This document shows positions 1 to 10,860 of a DNA stretch of 64,000 nt, piece after piece. Numbering within the stretch: the first letter of the stretch is position 1; each line of letters starts with the position of its first letter. Under the pieces are notes generated by a model, which was given only the letters and a program-made list of their open reading frames with translations, ran no database searches and was not told the origin of the DNA. The DNA is from Planctomycetota bacterium (GTDB taxonomy: Bacteria; Planctomycetota; UBA1135; GCA-002748355), in contig PDSF01000029.1 of assembly GCA_002748355.1 (NCBI GenBank), positions 110,262-174,261 on the forward strand, read 5' to 3'. Position numbers and translations under genes: made by a program.

Positions 1-1495
1 CAAGCACAACACTCGGAATCGCCGCCATAATCTCGATGACAGGCTTGATGTAGCGGCGCAGCGAAAAGTGCATGAACTGCGAGACATACATCGCCCCGAG
101 CACTGCGATCGGGATCGAGAAGAGCATCGAAAAGATGGTCCCCTTGATCGTGCCCACGATCAGCGGCATGAAGCTCAACTTGGGCTCGTAGTCCTCGGTA
201 GCACCGGTGGACTGCCACTCGTAAGCGGGCTGATTCGCCCCTTCATACCAAACCGGTGTAAACAAGGTGCCCAGAGTGAGTTCGGGATGCTCATTCTTCA
301 GCGAAAGGATCTTGGCCTGCTTGCTTCCGGCAACGACAAGACCATCTGCCTTTGGCGTATAGGTTATCGCGCTGGCCCCGGGAACATTTGTGCTCCCCTT
401 CCAATCGAGAACACCGGTCGTCGAGTAGCTCACCTCCAGCTCGCCCTTTGAGCTGAGAGCGAGAAAGCCCTTATTCCGGCGCGAGGCTGCGATCGCGATG
501 ATCTCACCCTCTAGCGCCGAAAACCTGCGAATGCGGCTCAGCTTAAAATCGTTTCTGCCTTCGGCAATCCGCACTGGAAACCAGATCGAGACACGACCAT
601 CCGCGCGCCCGACCAGGAGAGACTGCTCGCCGAGGAGGAACTCCAGGGCCGTGATCTTCGGAAGCTGCGCCTTGCGCATACTCTGCGGGGCAACGCCGTA
701 TTGCGGCGAACCAAACTCTTCACCGCGGATATCCCACCAGACCAGACGACCATCGTCGAGAGCGCCAAAGACACGGCGAAAGTCGCCAGTCAAAAGCAGG
801 TGGACCAGCTTGCCGTCGAACTTGGTTTCGAGCTTACGCTCGCTGACCTCTTCCTCGAGCGTGAACTGATTGACCTCGACGCTGCGCTGCGACAGGAGCA
901 CGTTGCCGTCATCGAGCTGTGCGACGACACCGACTGTTCCCGACTCGGCCTGCTGCACCGCGTAGCAGGTAATGGCTCGCTTTTTCTCATCGACCACGAC
1001 CTGGGTCAAATCACCCTTTTCTGGCCTAACGATGCGCTCGCCTCGACCCTCTCCATCCTGCGCCTTGGCAAAATGAGACTTGAAGCTAACGGCCTGCACG
1101 AGGACGCGACCCTGGTCGGTAGATGCAGTCAAGGCATCACGCCCAGGCACCTTACCGACACCAGTAATCGACTCGTTATCGCCTACAGGCAAGCGCCCGG
1201 AAAAAACGATCTCCTGCTGCGCCACTTTGATCGCAGCGAAGCTCGCATCCTTCCCCATGAGCACCAGGTGTGACTGATATTCGTCGGCGATAACGACGGC
1301 CGGCTGAGCGATCGGAGTCGCCTCACTTGACCGCTCGGCAACTTCGGCACCACCGAGCAAGGGCAGAACCTCCGCTAGCAGGAAGAGGAAGATGCCAACA
1401 ACACCGGCAACCATCGCCACACCACCCAAAAAGATGACGTTGCGGGCGAGCTTGTCGCGAGAGTTACGCTTCGCGATGCCGTGCTTCGGATTCAT
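1..1495 (-). CDS. pstC: phosphate ABC transporter permease, PstC-like long form with ~400-aa N-terminal extracytoplasmic extension (3' end runs off the window)
   Basis: Absent from the ORF track because it has no stop in the window. My reverse-strand translation from ATG 1495-1493 gives MNPKHGIAKRNSRDKLARNVIFLGGVAMVAGVVGIFLFLL... and stays open to position 2. It ends ...KLSFMPLIVGTIKGTIFSMLFSIPIAVLGAMYVSQFMHFSLRRYIKPVIEIMAAIPSVVL, which matches the PstC AAIPSVV region. I checked the frame at 1495, 778 and 181. It lies directly downstream of pstS. Confidence 0.75.
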   Translation of the reverse strand, partial: MNPKHGIAKRNSRDKLARNVIFLGGVAMVAGVVGIFLFLLAEVLPLLGGAEVAERSSEATPIAQPAVVIADEYQSHLVLMGKDASFAAIKVAQQEIVFSGRLPVGDNESITGVGKVPGRDALTASTDQGRVLVQAVSFKSHFAKAQDGEGRGERIVRPEKGDLTQVVVDEKKRAITCYAVQQAESGTVGVVAQLDDGNVLLSQRSVEVNQFTLEEEVSERKLETKFDGKLVHLLLTGDFRRVFGALDDGRLVWWDIRGEEFGSPQYGVAPQSMRKAQLPKITALEFLLGEQSLLVGRADGRVSIWFPVRIAEGRNDFKLSRIRRFSALEGEIIAIAASRRNKGFLALSSKGELEVSYSTTGVLDWKGSTNVPGASAITYTPKADGLVVAGSKQAKILSLKNEHPELTLGTLFTPVWYEGANQPAYEWQSTGATEDYEPKLSFMPLIVGTIKGTIFSMLFSIPIAVLGAMYVSQFMHFSLRRYIKPVIEIMAAIPSVVL

Positions 1496-1632
1496 CGTTC
1501 GGTCAGGCTTCTGGGACTGGCTCAACGGAGCCTCCGCCAGCAATGGCGTAAGGGGAAAAGAAGGGAGAGAAGGCGGGTAGCAGGCCCCGCCCCCGCATGT
1601 AGCTCAGCGCGGTAGCAGCGCCGACGCCACGA

Positions 1633-2643
1633 TCAAAGGCCGAGCTTCTTAAGAGACTGGACCTGGATCCGCTTGGTCAACGGCAGGTAGCCATCCTTCT
1701 CGACGATGGTCTGTCCCTCTCGGGAAAGGATGAAGCGGAGATACTGCTGGGTCAGAGGATCCAGATCCTTGCCGGGCGCCTTATTGACGTAGATGTAGAG
1801 AAAGCGCGCGAGCGGATACTTGCCGCTGTAGACGTCCTTGGGGTCGGTCGAGTAGTAACGCTCCCCAGCCATCTTGGCCAGCGGAACGGTCTTAACGCCG
1901 GAGGTCTTGTAGCCAATGCCGCTATAGCCAATAGCGAAGGGATCGCTGGCGATCGAGCTGACCACAGCGGACGAGCCCGGCTGCTCCTTGACCGTGTTGA
2001 GGTAGTCGCCCTTGAACAGCGCCTGCTTCTTGAAGTAGGAGTACGTGCCCGACGCCGAGTTCCGCCCATAGAGGCGGATGGGCTTGCTCGCCCACTGCCC
2101 GCTGAGGCCGGCGCCGCCCCAGTTGGTGATCGCCTTGGCCAGGCCGCCCTTGCGCCCCTTCGAGAACATCGCATCCACCTGCTGCAGGGTGAGCTTCTCG
2201 ATCGGATTGTCCTTGTGGACGAAGACGGCGAGGGCGTCGATCGCCACCGGGATCTTCGTCGGCTTGTAGCCGAAGGCCTTCTCGAACTTGTCCTCTTCCT
2301 TGGACTTCATCTGCCGGCTCATCGGGCCGAGCTGCGAGGTGCCCTCGATGAGCGCCGGCGGAGCCGTCGAGGAGCCCTTGCCCTCGATCTGGATCTTCAC
2401 GTTCGGATAGATCTTCTGGTAGCTCTCGGCCCAGAGCGTCATCAGGTTGTTGAGAGTGTCCGAGCCGACGGAGTTCAGCGAGCCGGAGACACCGGTGACC
2501 TTGGTGTATTTACCGATGGCCTTGTCGACCATGCTGACCTTCTTGGCCTCTTTCTGAGCAGCCTTAGCGACCTGGGCGGAAGCCGTATCAGCCATTGGGA
2601 CAGCCAGCAGAGCCGTCGCCAAACAAAGTGCTTCGTAGCGCAT
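1633..2643 (-). CDS. pstS: phosphate ABC transporter substrate-binding protein PstS
   Basis: 336-aa ORF with a signal-peptide-like N-terminus (LATALLAVPMADTASAQ). PstS-type motifs SGSLNSVGSDTL and EGKGSSTAPPALIEGTSQLGPMSR are present. Same strand as, and upstream of, the PstC-like permease. Confidence 0.9.
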   Translation of the reverse strand: MRYEALCLATALLAVPMADTASAQVAKAAQKEAKKVSMVDKAIGKYTKVTGVSGSLNSVGSDTLNNLMTLWAESYQKIYPNVKIQIEGKGSSTAPPALIEGTSQLGPMSRQMKSKEEDKFEKAFGYKPTKIPVAIDALAVFVHKDNPIEKLTLQQVDAMFSKGRKGGLAKAITNWGGAGLSGQWASKPIRLYGRNSASGTYSYFKKQALFKGDYLNTVKEQPGSSAVVSSIASDPFAIGYSGIGYKTSGVKTVPLAKMAGERYYSTDPKDVYSGKYPLARFLYIYVNKAPGKDLDPLTQQYLRFILSREGQTIVEKDGYLPLTKRIQVQSLKKLGL

Positions 2644-2979
2644 ATCTGAGTTCCTTTTTCTTGTTTTGCGCCGAAGACACTAGGAGCGCCTAGATGAAGG
2701 CTCCTCCCGGCTTTCCGTAAAGAAAGCGAGAAGATGAACCCGCCTGTCTCAGGCGCAAGCTGCAAGCACGGCAAGAGGCGGAACTTAGCGCCAAAGCCGC
2801 TTCAAGTACCCGGAGGAGCGACCCGGCATGCAGCGGCTTCTTTTCCCGGAACAGCTCCAAGTTTTTCCCCGACTCGAAGCAGTCCCTGGCTTTTCTACCC
2901 TTCATGCTTGCGCATCGAGGAGCTGGGCGCAGAATCCTTCGCTCGTCAATTCGGGCACAAAGCCCTCGATTGACATTGC

Positions 2980-3071
2980 GGAGAGATGGCAGAGTGGCCG
3001 AATGCGCCGGCTTGCTAAGCCGGTGAGGGGATCAGTCCCCTCCGCGGGTTCGAATCCCGCTCTCTCCGCCA
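2980..3071 (+). tRNA. tRNA-Ser (anticodon GCU), class II with long variable arm, CCA encoded
   Basis: Hand-folded cloverleaf. Acceptor GGAGAGA/TCTCTCC. Anticodon stem CCGGC/GCCGG with loop TTGCTAA. Variable arm GAGGGGA-TCAG-TCCCCTC. T arm GCGGG-TTCGAAT-CCCGC. Discriminator G followed by CCA. Confidence 0.9.
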
Positions 3072-3120
3072 CTTTTCTCCTCGGATCGCCTCCCTGGAGC
3101 AGGTCCCCGGAGCGCCTCGC

Positions 3121-3693
3121 ATGCTGCAACCAAGCCAGCGACGCCAGCATTCCTTGCTTCCCTCGATTGGGCTTCCCTCGATTGGGCTTCCCGCGATTGG
3201 GCTTCGATCTTTCGGGCTCCAGGCTCTCCTGCTCCTCGCCCTAGTTTCGGCAGGCTCCCTGCTGAGTGCCTGCCAGCTGAACGGCGAAGAGCAGGGCCTC
3301 TGGACCGAGAGCCTGGGCCCGGACGAAATCCGCTTCGAGAGCGATCCTGACGAAACCGATCTGTGGGTCGATGGTCAGCTGCGCGGCCAGACGGCAATGA
3401 GCTTGCCACTTCGCTACTACGGCGAATACCGGATCGAGATGCAGCTGGCGCCTAAGCTACCCGGCCGCCAGTTTTTCGTCCCAGCGACGATCAAACGAGA
3501 GATCGCACCGCCAGCGACGCCCTGGATCTTCCCCTTCGATTTCCTCCTCGAGATTGCTCAGCGCAGCCTGGGATGGAAGATCGAGCCGGTCAAAGCTCGG
3601 CTTGAGAGCCGCAAGCTGGCCACGGAACAGGACGGTCCCAACTCGCAGGCCGACATCGACGCCGCCGACGCCGCCGCACTGCGCAGGCAGTGA
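3121..3693 (+). CDS. hypothetical lipoprotein with PEGA-like domain
   Basis: 190-aa ORF with hydrophobic stretch plus lipobox (LLLLALVSAGSLLSAC). PEGA-like segment DLWVDGQLRGQTAMSLPLRYYGEYRIEM. The start is uncertain because the n-region is long and contains the 15-bp tandem repeat. Confidence 0.5.
   Translation: MLQPSQRRQHSLLPSIGLPSIGLPAIGLRSFGLQALLLLALVSAGSLLSACQLNGEEQGLWTESLGPDEIRFESDPDETDLWVDGQLRGQTAMSLPLRYYGEYRIEMQLAPKLPGRQFFVPATIKREIAPPATPWIFPFDFLLEIAQRSLGWKIEPVKARLESRKLATEQDGPNSQADIDAADAAALRRQ
3156..3210. repeat. 15-bp tandem repeat, 3 full copies plus a partial fourth
   Basis: gcttccctcgattgg at 3156, 3171 and 3186 (third copy has one substitution), then the partial copy gcttcgatct. 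In frame in ORF 3121..3693, encoding LPSIG-LPSIG-LPAIG. Lies 85 nt 3' of tRNA-Ser. Confidence 0.9.
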
Positions 3694-3728
3694 GCTGAGC
3701 GCGGGCAGTCATCGCGAATTGGCGTAGC

Positions 3729-5135
3729 ATGACGCGCAGCAAAGCAGAGGGGGGAACGATGACAGGTCGGGCTGTGGTATGGGGACTGGGACGTTTTGGT
3801 GGAGGCCTGGCTGCCTTCGCCCATCTTCGGCGCTGCGGCTACCAGGTCGACGTCGTCGACAAGCGGGATGCCCAAGAGATCCGGGCCAGCCTCGCCGAGA
3901 GCGGCATCGAAGCCGGCAGCGTCGAGTTGCTGGCAGAGGCTCCCGAGTCCTTCGCCGGCGCCGACCTGGTCGTAGTCAACCCCGCGGTTCACCCGGAGCA
4001 TCCTCTCTATCGCCACCTAATCAACTCGGGCGTCGAGCTGAGCCAAGAAATCGACCTGGCTCTCAGCGCCTACCCCGGCGAGGTCGTGGCAGTCACCGGC
4101 ACGAATGGCAAGAGCAGCACCAGCGCTCTCTTGCAGCAGCTTCTGTTGGCTTCGGGACGAGACGCCCTCCTCGGCGGCAACATCGGCCGCAGCCTCTTCG
4201 AAGACCGCGAGAGTTGGCACTCCGAGCAGATAGCCGTCTTGGAGATTTCTTCGTTCCAGGCCTTCCGCCTGCAGCTCGCCCCGCGGCTGCGCGCGGTCCT
4301 GGTCACCAACCTCGATGAAGACCACCTCGACTGGCACGGCTCCCGCGACCAGTACCACGCCGCCAAGCTGCGGCTAAGCGGCGCCCTTCAGCCAGGTGGC
4401 CGGATGCTGGGGCACAGCAGCGATCCCGCGTGGCGGCAGTTCTGCACAAGCGAGGGGCCCGGGCAGTGTCTCCTGGTCGGAGGCGCCGGGCAGGCCCTGC
4501 GCCTCGATCCCGATGGAGCGATCCGCCTCGAAGGCAAGAGCATCCTCGCTGCGGACGCGCCCTACCCCAGCGCCCAGCCCCTTCGCGAGAATGCTCTTTT
4601 AGCTCTCGCGGCGGCCCAGGAACTCGGCTGCGACATCAGCGGCCTGGGTGAGAGCCTCGCCCAGTTCCAGGGCCTTGAGCATCGCATGCAGCGGCTCGCA
4701 CCCGCGCAGGGGGTGGAGTTCATCGACAACGGTATCTCGACGGTGGCGCGATCGAGCGAGGTGGCGATCGACAGCTATCGCAGCGCTCCCGGCTTGCACT
4801 GGGTCGTCGGCGGACACCCCAAACGACCGGAGCTCGACGAGCACATCGGCATCGCCGCCAGCTGCAGCAGTGTCCACATCTTTGGCGAAGTCGCCGAGCG
4901 CTTGGCGCCAGCCATGCGAGCCGCTCACCCGCAGCTCATGGTCACAGGCCCCCACCCGGAACTGAACTCAGCCCTGGTCGCCGCCTTCAAAGGTGCAGGG
5001 CCTGGCGAAATCGTCCTTTTCAGCCCGGGATTCTCGTCCCATGACGCCTATCCGAACTTCGCGGCCCGCGCCGCCGAAGCTCGCGAGATCTGGTCGGCCT
5101 TGCGCTCGCGCACGGTCGGTGCGAACGTGCAATAG
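3729..5135 (+). CDS. murD: UDP-N-acetylmuramoyl-L-alanine--D-glutamate ligase
   Basis: 468-aa ORF. N-terminal Rossmann-like VWGLGRFGGGLAAFAHLRRCGYQVDVVD and the Mur ligase P-loop VVAVTGTNGKSSTSALL. The exact start may be a few codons downstream. Confidence 0.85.
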   Translation: MTRSKAEGGTMTGRAVVWGLGRFGGGLAAFAHLRRCGYQVDVVDKRDAQEIRASLAESGIEAGSVELLAEAPESFAGADLVVVNPAVHPEHPLYRHLINSGVELSQEIDLALSAYPGEVVAVTGTNGKSSTSALLQQLLLASGRDALLGGNIGRSLFEDRESWHSEQIAVLEISSFQAFRLQLAPRLRAVLVTNLDEDHLDWHGSRDQYHAAKLRLSGALQPGGRMLGHSSDPAWRQFCTSEGPGQCLLVGGAGQALRLDPDGAIRLEGKSILAADAPYPSAQPLRENALLALAAAQELGCDISGLGESLAQFQGLEHRMQRLAPAQGVEFIDNGISTVARSSEVAIDSYRSAPGLHWVVGGHPKRPELDEHIGIAASCSSVHIFGEVAERLAPAMRAAHPQLMVTGPHPELNSALVAAFKGAGPGEIVLFSPGFSSHDAYPNFAARAAEAREIWSALRSRTVGANVQ

Positions 5136-5151
5136 AAGCAAGGAGCACGCG

Positions 5152-5733
5152 ATGCGCTGCCAACTGTGTCAGAAAAACAAGGCTCAGATCCATAGCCTCG
5201 AGAAAGTCAACGGCGAGTGGCTGCAACAGTCCATCTGTGAGCAGTGCGCCACCGGCCAGCAGGGACAAGGAAGCCATCCAGGACAGCTGCCTCCAGGCGG
5301 CTCGAAAATCTTCCAGTTCTTCGGGCAAATCCTCATCGGCTCGATTCCCACAAGCCCAAGCAGCAAGATCCCCGAAACCGTAGGCGAGCTCCTCGATCAC
5401 TGGTCTCCCGAGGGGGGCGGCGGAGAGGAGCGGAGCTGCCCGGGTTGCGGGATGAGCTTCGAGCGTTTCCAGGAGCTGCGGCGACTGGGCTGCGCCCGCT
5501 GCTACGAGCTGTTCCGCGTTGAGCTGGAGCAGATCTTTGGCAGCGTCCACTCCTCAGTCCAACATGTAGGCAAGACCCCGGGACGCCCCACCCAAGCTAT
5601 GCCCTCGGTCCAGGAGATCACCATCCTCAAGGAGAAGCTCGATACCGCGATCAAGGAAGAGCGCTTCGAAGAAGCCGCGCTGTATCGCGACAAGCTACGC
5701 GAGCTGATCGACGGACGTGGAGAAAAGCAGTGA
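5152..5733 (+). CDS. mcsA: protein arginine kinase activator McsA (zinc-finger plus UVR domain protein)
   Basis: I chose the start at ATG 5152 (MRCQLCQKNKAQ...) rather than the track start at 4993, which overlaps murD. CxxC pairs are present (CQLC, CEQC, CPGC, CARC). C-terminal UVR motif ILKEKLDTAIKEERFEEAALYRDKLRELI. Its stop overlaps the mcsB start. Confidence 0.8.
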   Translation: MRCQLCQKNKAQIHSLEKVNGEWLQQSICEQCATGQQGQGSHPGQLPPGGSKIFQFFGQILIGSIPTSPSSKIPETVGELLDHWSPEGGGGEERSCPGCGMSFERFQELRRLGCARCYELFRVELEQIFGSVHSSVQHVGKTPGRPTQAMPSVQEITILKEKLDTAIKEERFEEAALYRDKLRELIDGRGEKQ

Positions 5734-6767
5734 GTGAGGCCCCACAGCTAGACGAGTGGATCTCCCTCGACGGCCCTGACAGCGATGTCGTCTTCTGCAC
5801 GCGGATCCGGCTCGCCCGCAACATCGAGACCGCGAGTTTCTCACCCAGCTTGGGCGAGGAGGAGGCCGAGGAGCTGGTTCACTCACTCCAGGACTCCCTG
5901 CAGGACATCGCCAAGGATCACGGCTGGAGCTATGCCGATCTCAGCCAGCTCAGCCCCCTCGATCGTCAGGTCCTACTCGAACGCCATCTCGTCAGCCGAG
6001 AGCTGATCGACAGCGAGCAGGCCCGCGGCGTCTACTACGACCAGCGCGGGCGTAGCGGCTGCATGGTCAACGAGGAGGATCACCTGCGCTTGCAGGTCTT
6101 CCGCAGTGGCCTCCAGCTTGAGGAGGCCATGGAAGCTGCCGACCTGCTCGACGACGAAATCAGCGAAGCGGTGCCCTACGCCTTCCACCAACAGTTTGGA
6201 TTCCTGACCGCCTGCCCGACCAATACCGGGACCGGGATGAGGGCCTCGGTCCTGCTCCACCTGCCGGCACTGGTGCTCGCAAAGGAAATCGACAAGGCCG
6301 CCCATGCCGTCCAGGACATTCCCATGGCGGTCCGCGGCTTCTACGGCGAAGGTAGCCGAGCCGTCGGCGACCTGTTCCAGGTCTCCAACCACCGCACCCT
6401 CGGCCTCGACGAGGACATGACGGTGGAGCAACTCGGGCACGCGGTGCAATCCCTGCTCAAGTGGGAACGAACCCAGCGCGAAAGCTATCGCCGCGACCCG
6501 CTCTTCCTCTTGGACCGAGCCCACCGCTCCCTGGGCGTGCTCCAGCACGCCCAGCGCCTCAACTCCGAGGAGACCCTCGACCTCGTCTCCAAACTGCGGC
6601 TCGGCCGAGTCCTTGGTCTCGTCGAAGAACTAAGCGAGGAGCAACTGCTGCGCATCTTCCTGCTCACCCAACCCGGGCACCTGCAGGCGCATTCGGGCAA
6701 GGCACTCGATGCCGAGGGACGAGACTTGCTCCGAGCCCAGCTGGTGCGGGAGATCCTGGCCGGCTAA
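5730..6767 (+). CDS. mcsB: protein arginine kinase McsB (ATP:guanido phosphotransferase family)
   Basis: 345-aa ORF carrying the guanido-kinase active-site signature FLTACPTNTGTGMRASVLLHLPAL. Overlaps the mcsA stop by 4 nt. Confidence 0.9.
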   Translation: MSEAPQLDEWISLDGPDSDVVFCTRIRLARNIETASFSPSLGEEEAEELVHSLQDSLQDIAKDHGWSYADLSQLSPLDRQVLLERHLVSRELIDSEQARGVYYDQRGRSGCMVNEEDHLRLQVFRSGLQLEEAMEAADLLDDEISEAVPYAFHQQFGFLTACPTNTGTGMRASVLLHLPALVLAKEIDKAAHAVQDIPMAVRGFYGEGSRAVGDLFQVSNHRTLGLDEDMTVEQLGHAVQSLLKWERTQRESYRRDPLFLLDRAHRSLGVLQHAQRLNSEETLDLVSKLRLGRVLGLVEELSEEQLLRIFLLTQPGHLQAHSGKALDAEGRDLLRAQLVREILAG

Positions 6768-7052
6768 GCCAAGCCGGGTGCCTGATGCCCGGAACCCCAG
6801 GCCTTGGGAAGGGCCTTGAACCAACACCACCCCGTACTCAGCCTGCCGCCAATTCGCGAGTGAATGGGTGGCGGATGGGCCTGACGCTGAGCCGATCAAG
6901 CCGATGACATGAGACTTATGGGCAGATCCACCCCTTCCTCTCAATTGCGCAGCGGAGAGGGTCGATCTACAACCATCGAGGGGAGCTTGATTCCACGCCC
7001 CCTGACTCGATCGATCGGCTGTCGCCGACCGTGAAACCCCTGGAGGAGCCCA

Positions 7053-9596
<2,544 letters not shown>

Positions 9597-9651
9597 CGCT
9601 TCTTTTTTCAGAAGCTGCGAAACCAAGCGGCGTCCCCGGTCACTCACAGAT

Positions 9652-10752
9652 GTGATGACCAGGGACGCCGCTCTCATTTCTCTCCGCCTCTCGCTCGCCT
9701 TCGGCCCAGCCTCAGCCCTGGAGCCGTCTGTCTGCACTCCGCTCTTCGACTCGGGCCTTGCAGACTGGGAGCTCTTTGAGCTCAGCGCCGAGGAGCTTCG
9801 CGAGTTCGGCGTGCCCAAAGCCCAAGCCGCCAGGCTGCGCAGCCCCTCCACCCTGCGCCAGGCCAAGGAGATCCTCGCCAGCACCGAGCAACAGGGAATC
9901 TGCCTATTGCACCGAGGCGGGGCAGCTTGGCCCAGACGACTCGACATCCTGCCGGCAGCGCCGCGCGTGCTTTTCGCCAAGGGCAACACCGCCCTCCTCG
10001 AGCGCGAAAACATGATCGCTGTCGTCGGAGCCCGCAGCGTGACGCCCTACGGTCGCGAAGCCACCCGCGCCTTCGTCGAAGGCTTGGCGATGGCCGGGCT
10101 CGGCACCTACAGCGGGCTCGCACGCGGGGTCGACGCCGAAGCCCATAGAGCCACCATGAATTACCGCCAAGCAACGGTGGCAGTGCTGGGATCCGGTCTC
10201 ACCCAGATCTACCCCAAGGAGAACGCCGGGCTCGGACGCGAAATCATCGCTCGCGGCGGGCTCCTTTTGAGCGAACTACCTCCGGGCCTGCGGGCACTGC
10301 GCACGAGTTTCCCCAGGCGCAACCGAATCATCGCTGGACTCGCGATGGGGATCCTGGTCATCGAAGCCGCGCGAAGGTCGGGGGCACTGATCACGGCTCA
10401 CTGGGCAGCTCTCTATGACCGGCCAGTCTGGGCTGTTCCGGGGCCCTACCACGCCGCAAGCAGCGAGGGCTGCCACGCCCTCATCCGCGATGGAGCCCAG
10501 CTCGCCGAGGGGCCAGCCAGCCTGGCCCAAGACCTGGGCCTGTGCATCCGCCCTCCCGGCTCGCAGAGCATCGCTCAACCAACGAAACACGCCGGGAGCA
10601 TCCTCGATCTACTGAGCAAGGGGCCTCGCCCCACCGATGTCCTGGCCACGGAACTGGAGCTTCCACTCAACAAGCTCCTGGTCGAGTTGCAGATGCTCCA
10701 GTCCGCAGGTTGGCTGGATGACAGCAGCGGGCTCTGGCGCCGGAGCCGGTGA
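9652..10752 (+). CDS. dprA: DNA processing protein DprA
   Basis: 366-aa ORF with the DprA Rossmann-like core VVGARSVTPYGREATRAFVEGLAMAGLGTYSGLARGVDAEAHRA and a C-terminal winged-helix-like tail. Start is GTG 9652 or ATG 9655. Confidence 0.85.
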   Translation: MMTRDAALISLRLSLAFGPASALEPSVCTPLFDSGLADWELFELSAEELREFGVPKAQAARLRSPSTLRQAKEILASTEQQGICLLHRGGAAWPRRLDILPAAPRVLFAKGNTALLERENMIAVVGARSVTPYGREATRAFVEGLAMAGLGTYSGLARGVDAEAHRATMNYRQATVAVLGSGLTQIYPKENAGLGREIIARGGLLLSELPPGLRALRTSFPRRNRIIAGLAMGILVIEAARRSGALITAHWAALYDRPVWAVPGPYHAASSEGCHALIRDGAQLAEGPASLAQDLGLCIRPPGSQSIAQPTKHAGSILDLLSKGPRPTDVLATELELPLNKLLVELQMLQSAGWLDDSSGLWRRSR

Positions 10753-10756
10753 CTGA

Positions 10757-10790
10757 ACTCCGTGCCAGCAACCACTCCGTGCCGCCAACC
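10757..10790. repeat. 17-bp tandem duplication (15/17 identical)
   Basis: actccgtgccagcaacc followed by actccgtgccgccaacc, in the convergent gap between dprA and the KAS III-like gene. Confidence 0.85.
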
Positions 10791-10860
10791 AGCCTGCCTG
10801 CCAATGCCAGCCGATGCCCGTGCCCGCCCAATACCAGCGGCCGGCCAGCAGACCCAGCCC

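Noticed and set aside
3156-3210. Whether the short tandem repeats (also at 10757, 22999 and 23077) could be a CRISPR array.
   Set aside because: The units are contiguous with no spacers, occur in only 2-3 copies of 15-17 bp, and no cas genes are present.
6768-7052. A CtsR operator, CIRCE or HAIR heat-shock element in the mcsB-clpC spacer and upstream of mcsA.
   Set aside because: I found no GGTCAAA-type heptad direct repeat and no TTAGCACTC-N9-GAGTGCTAA. The closest match (cttgaac ... actcag, 14 nt apart) does not fit HAIR spacing.
9598-9615. The hairpin gcttct-tttttc-agaagc just after the clpC stop, as an intrinsic terminator.
   Set aside because: The stem is only 6 bp, the T-run lies in the loop rather than trailing the stem, and dprA starts about 40 nt later on the same strand. 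It is too weak to call.
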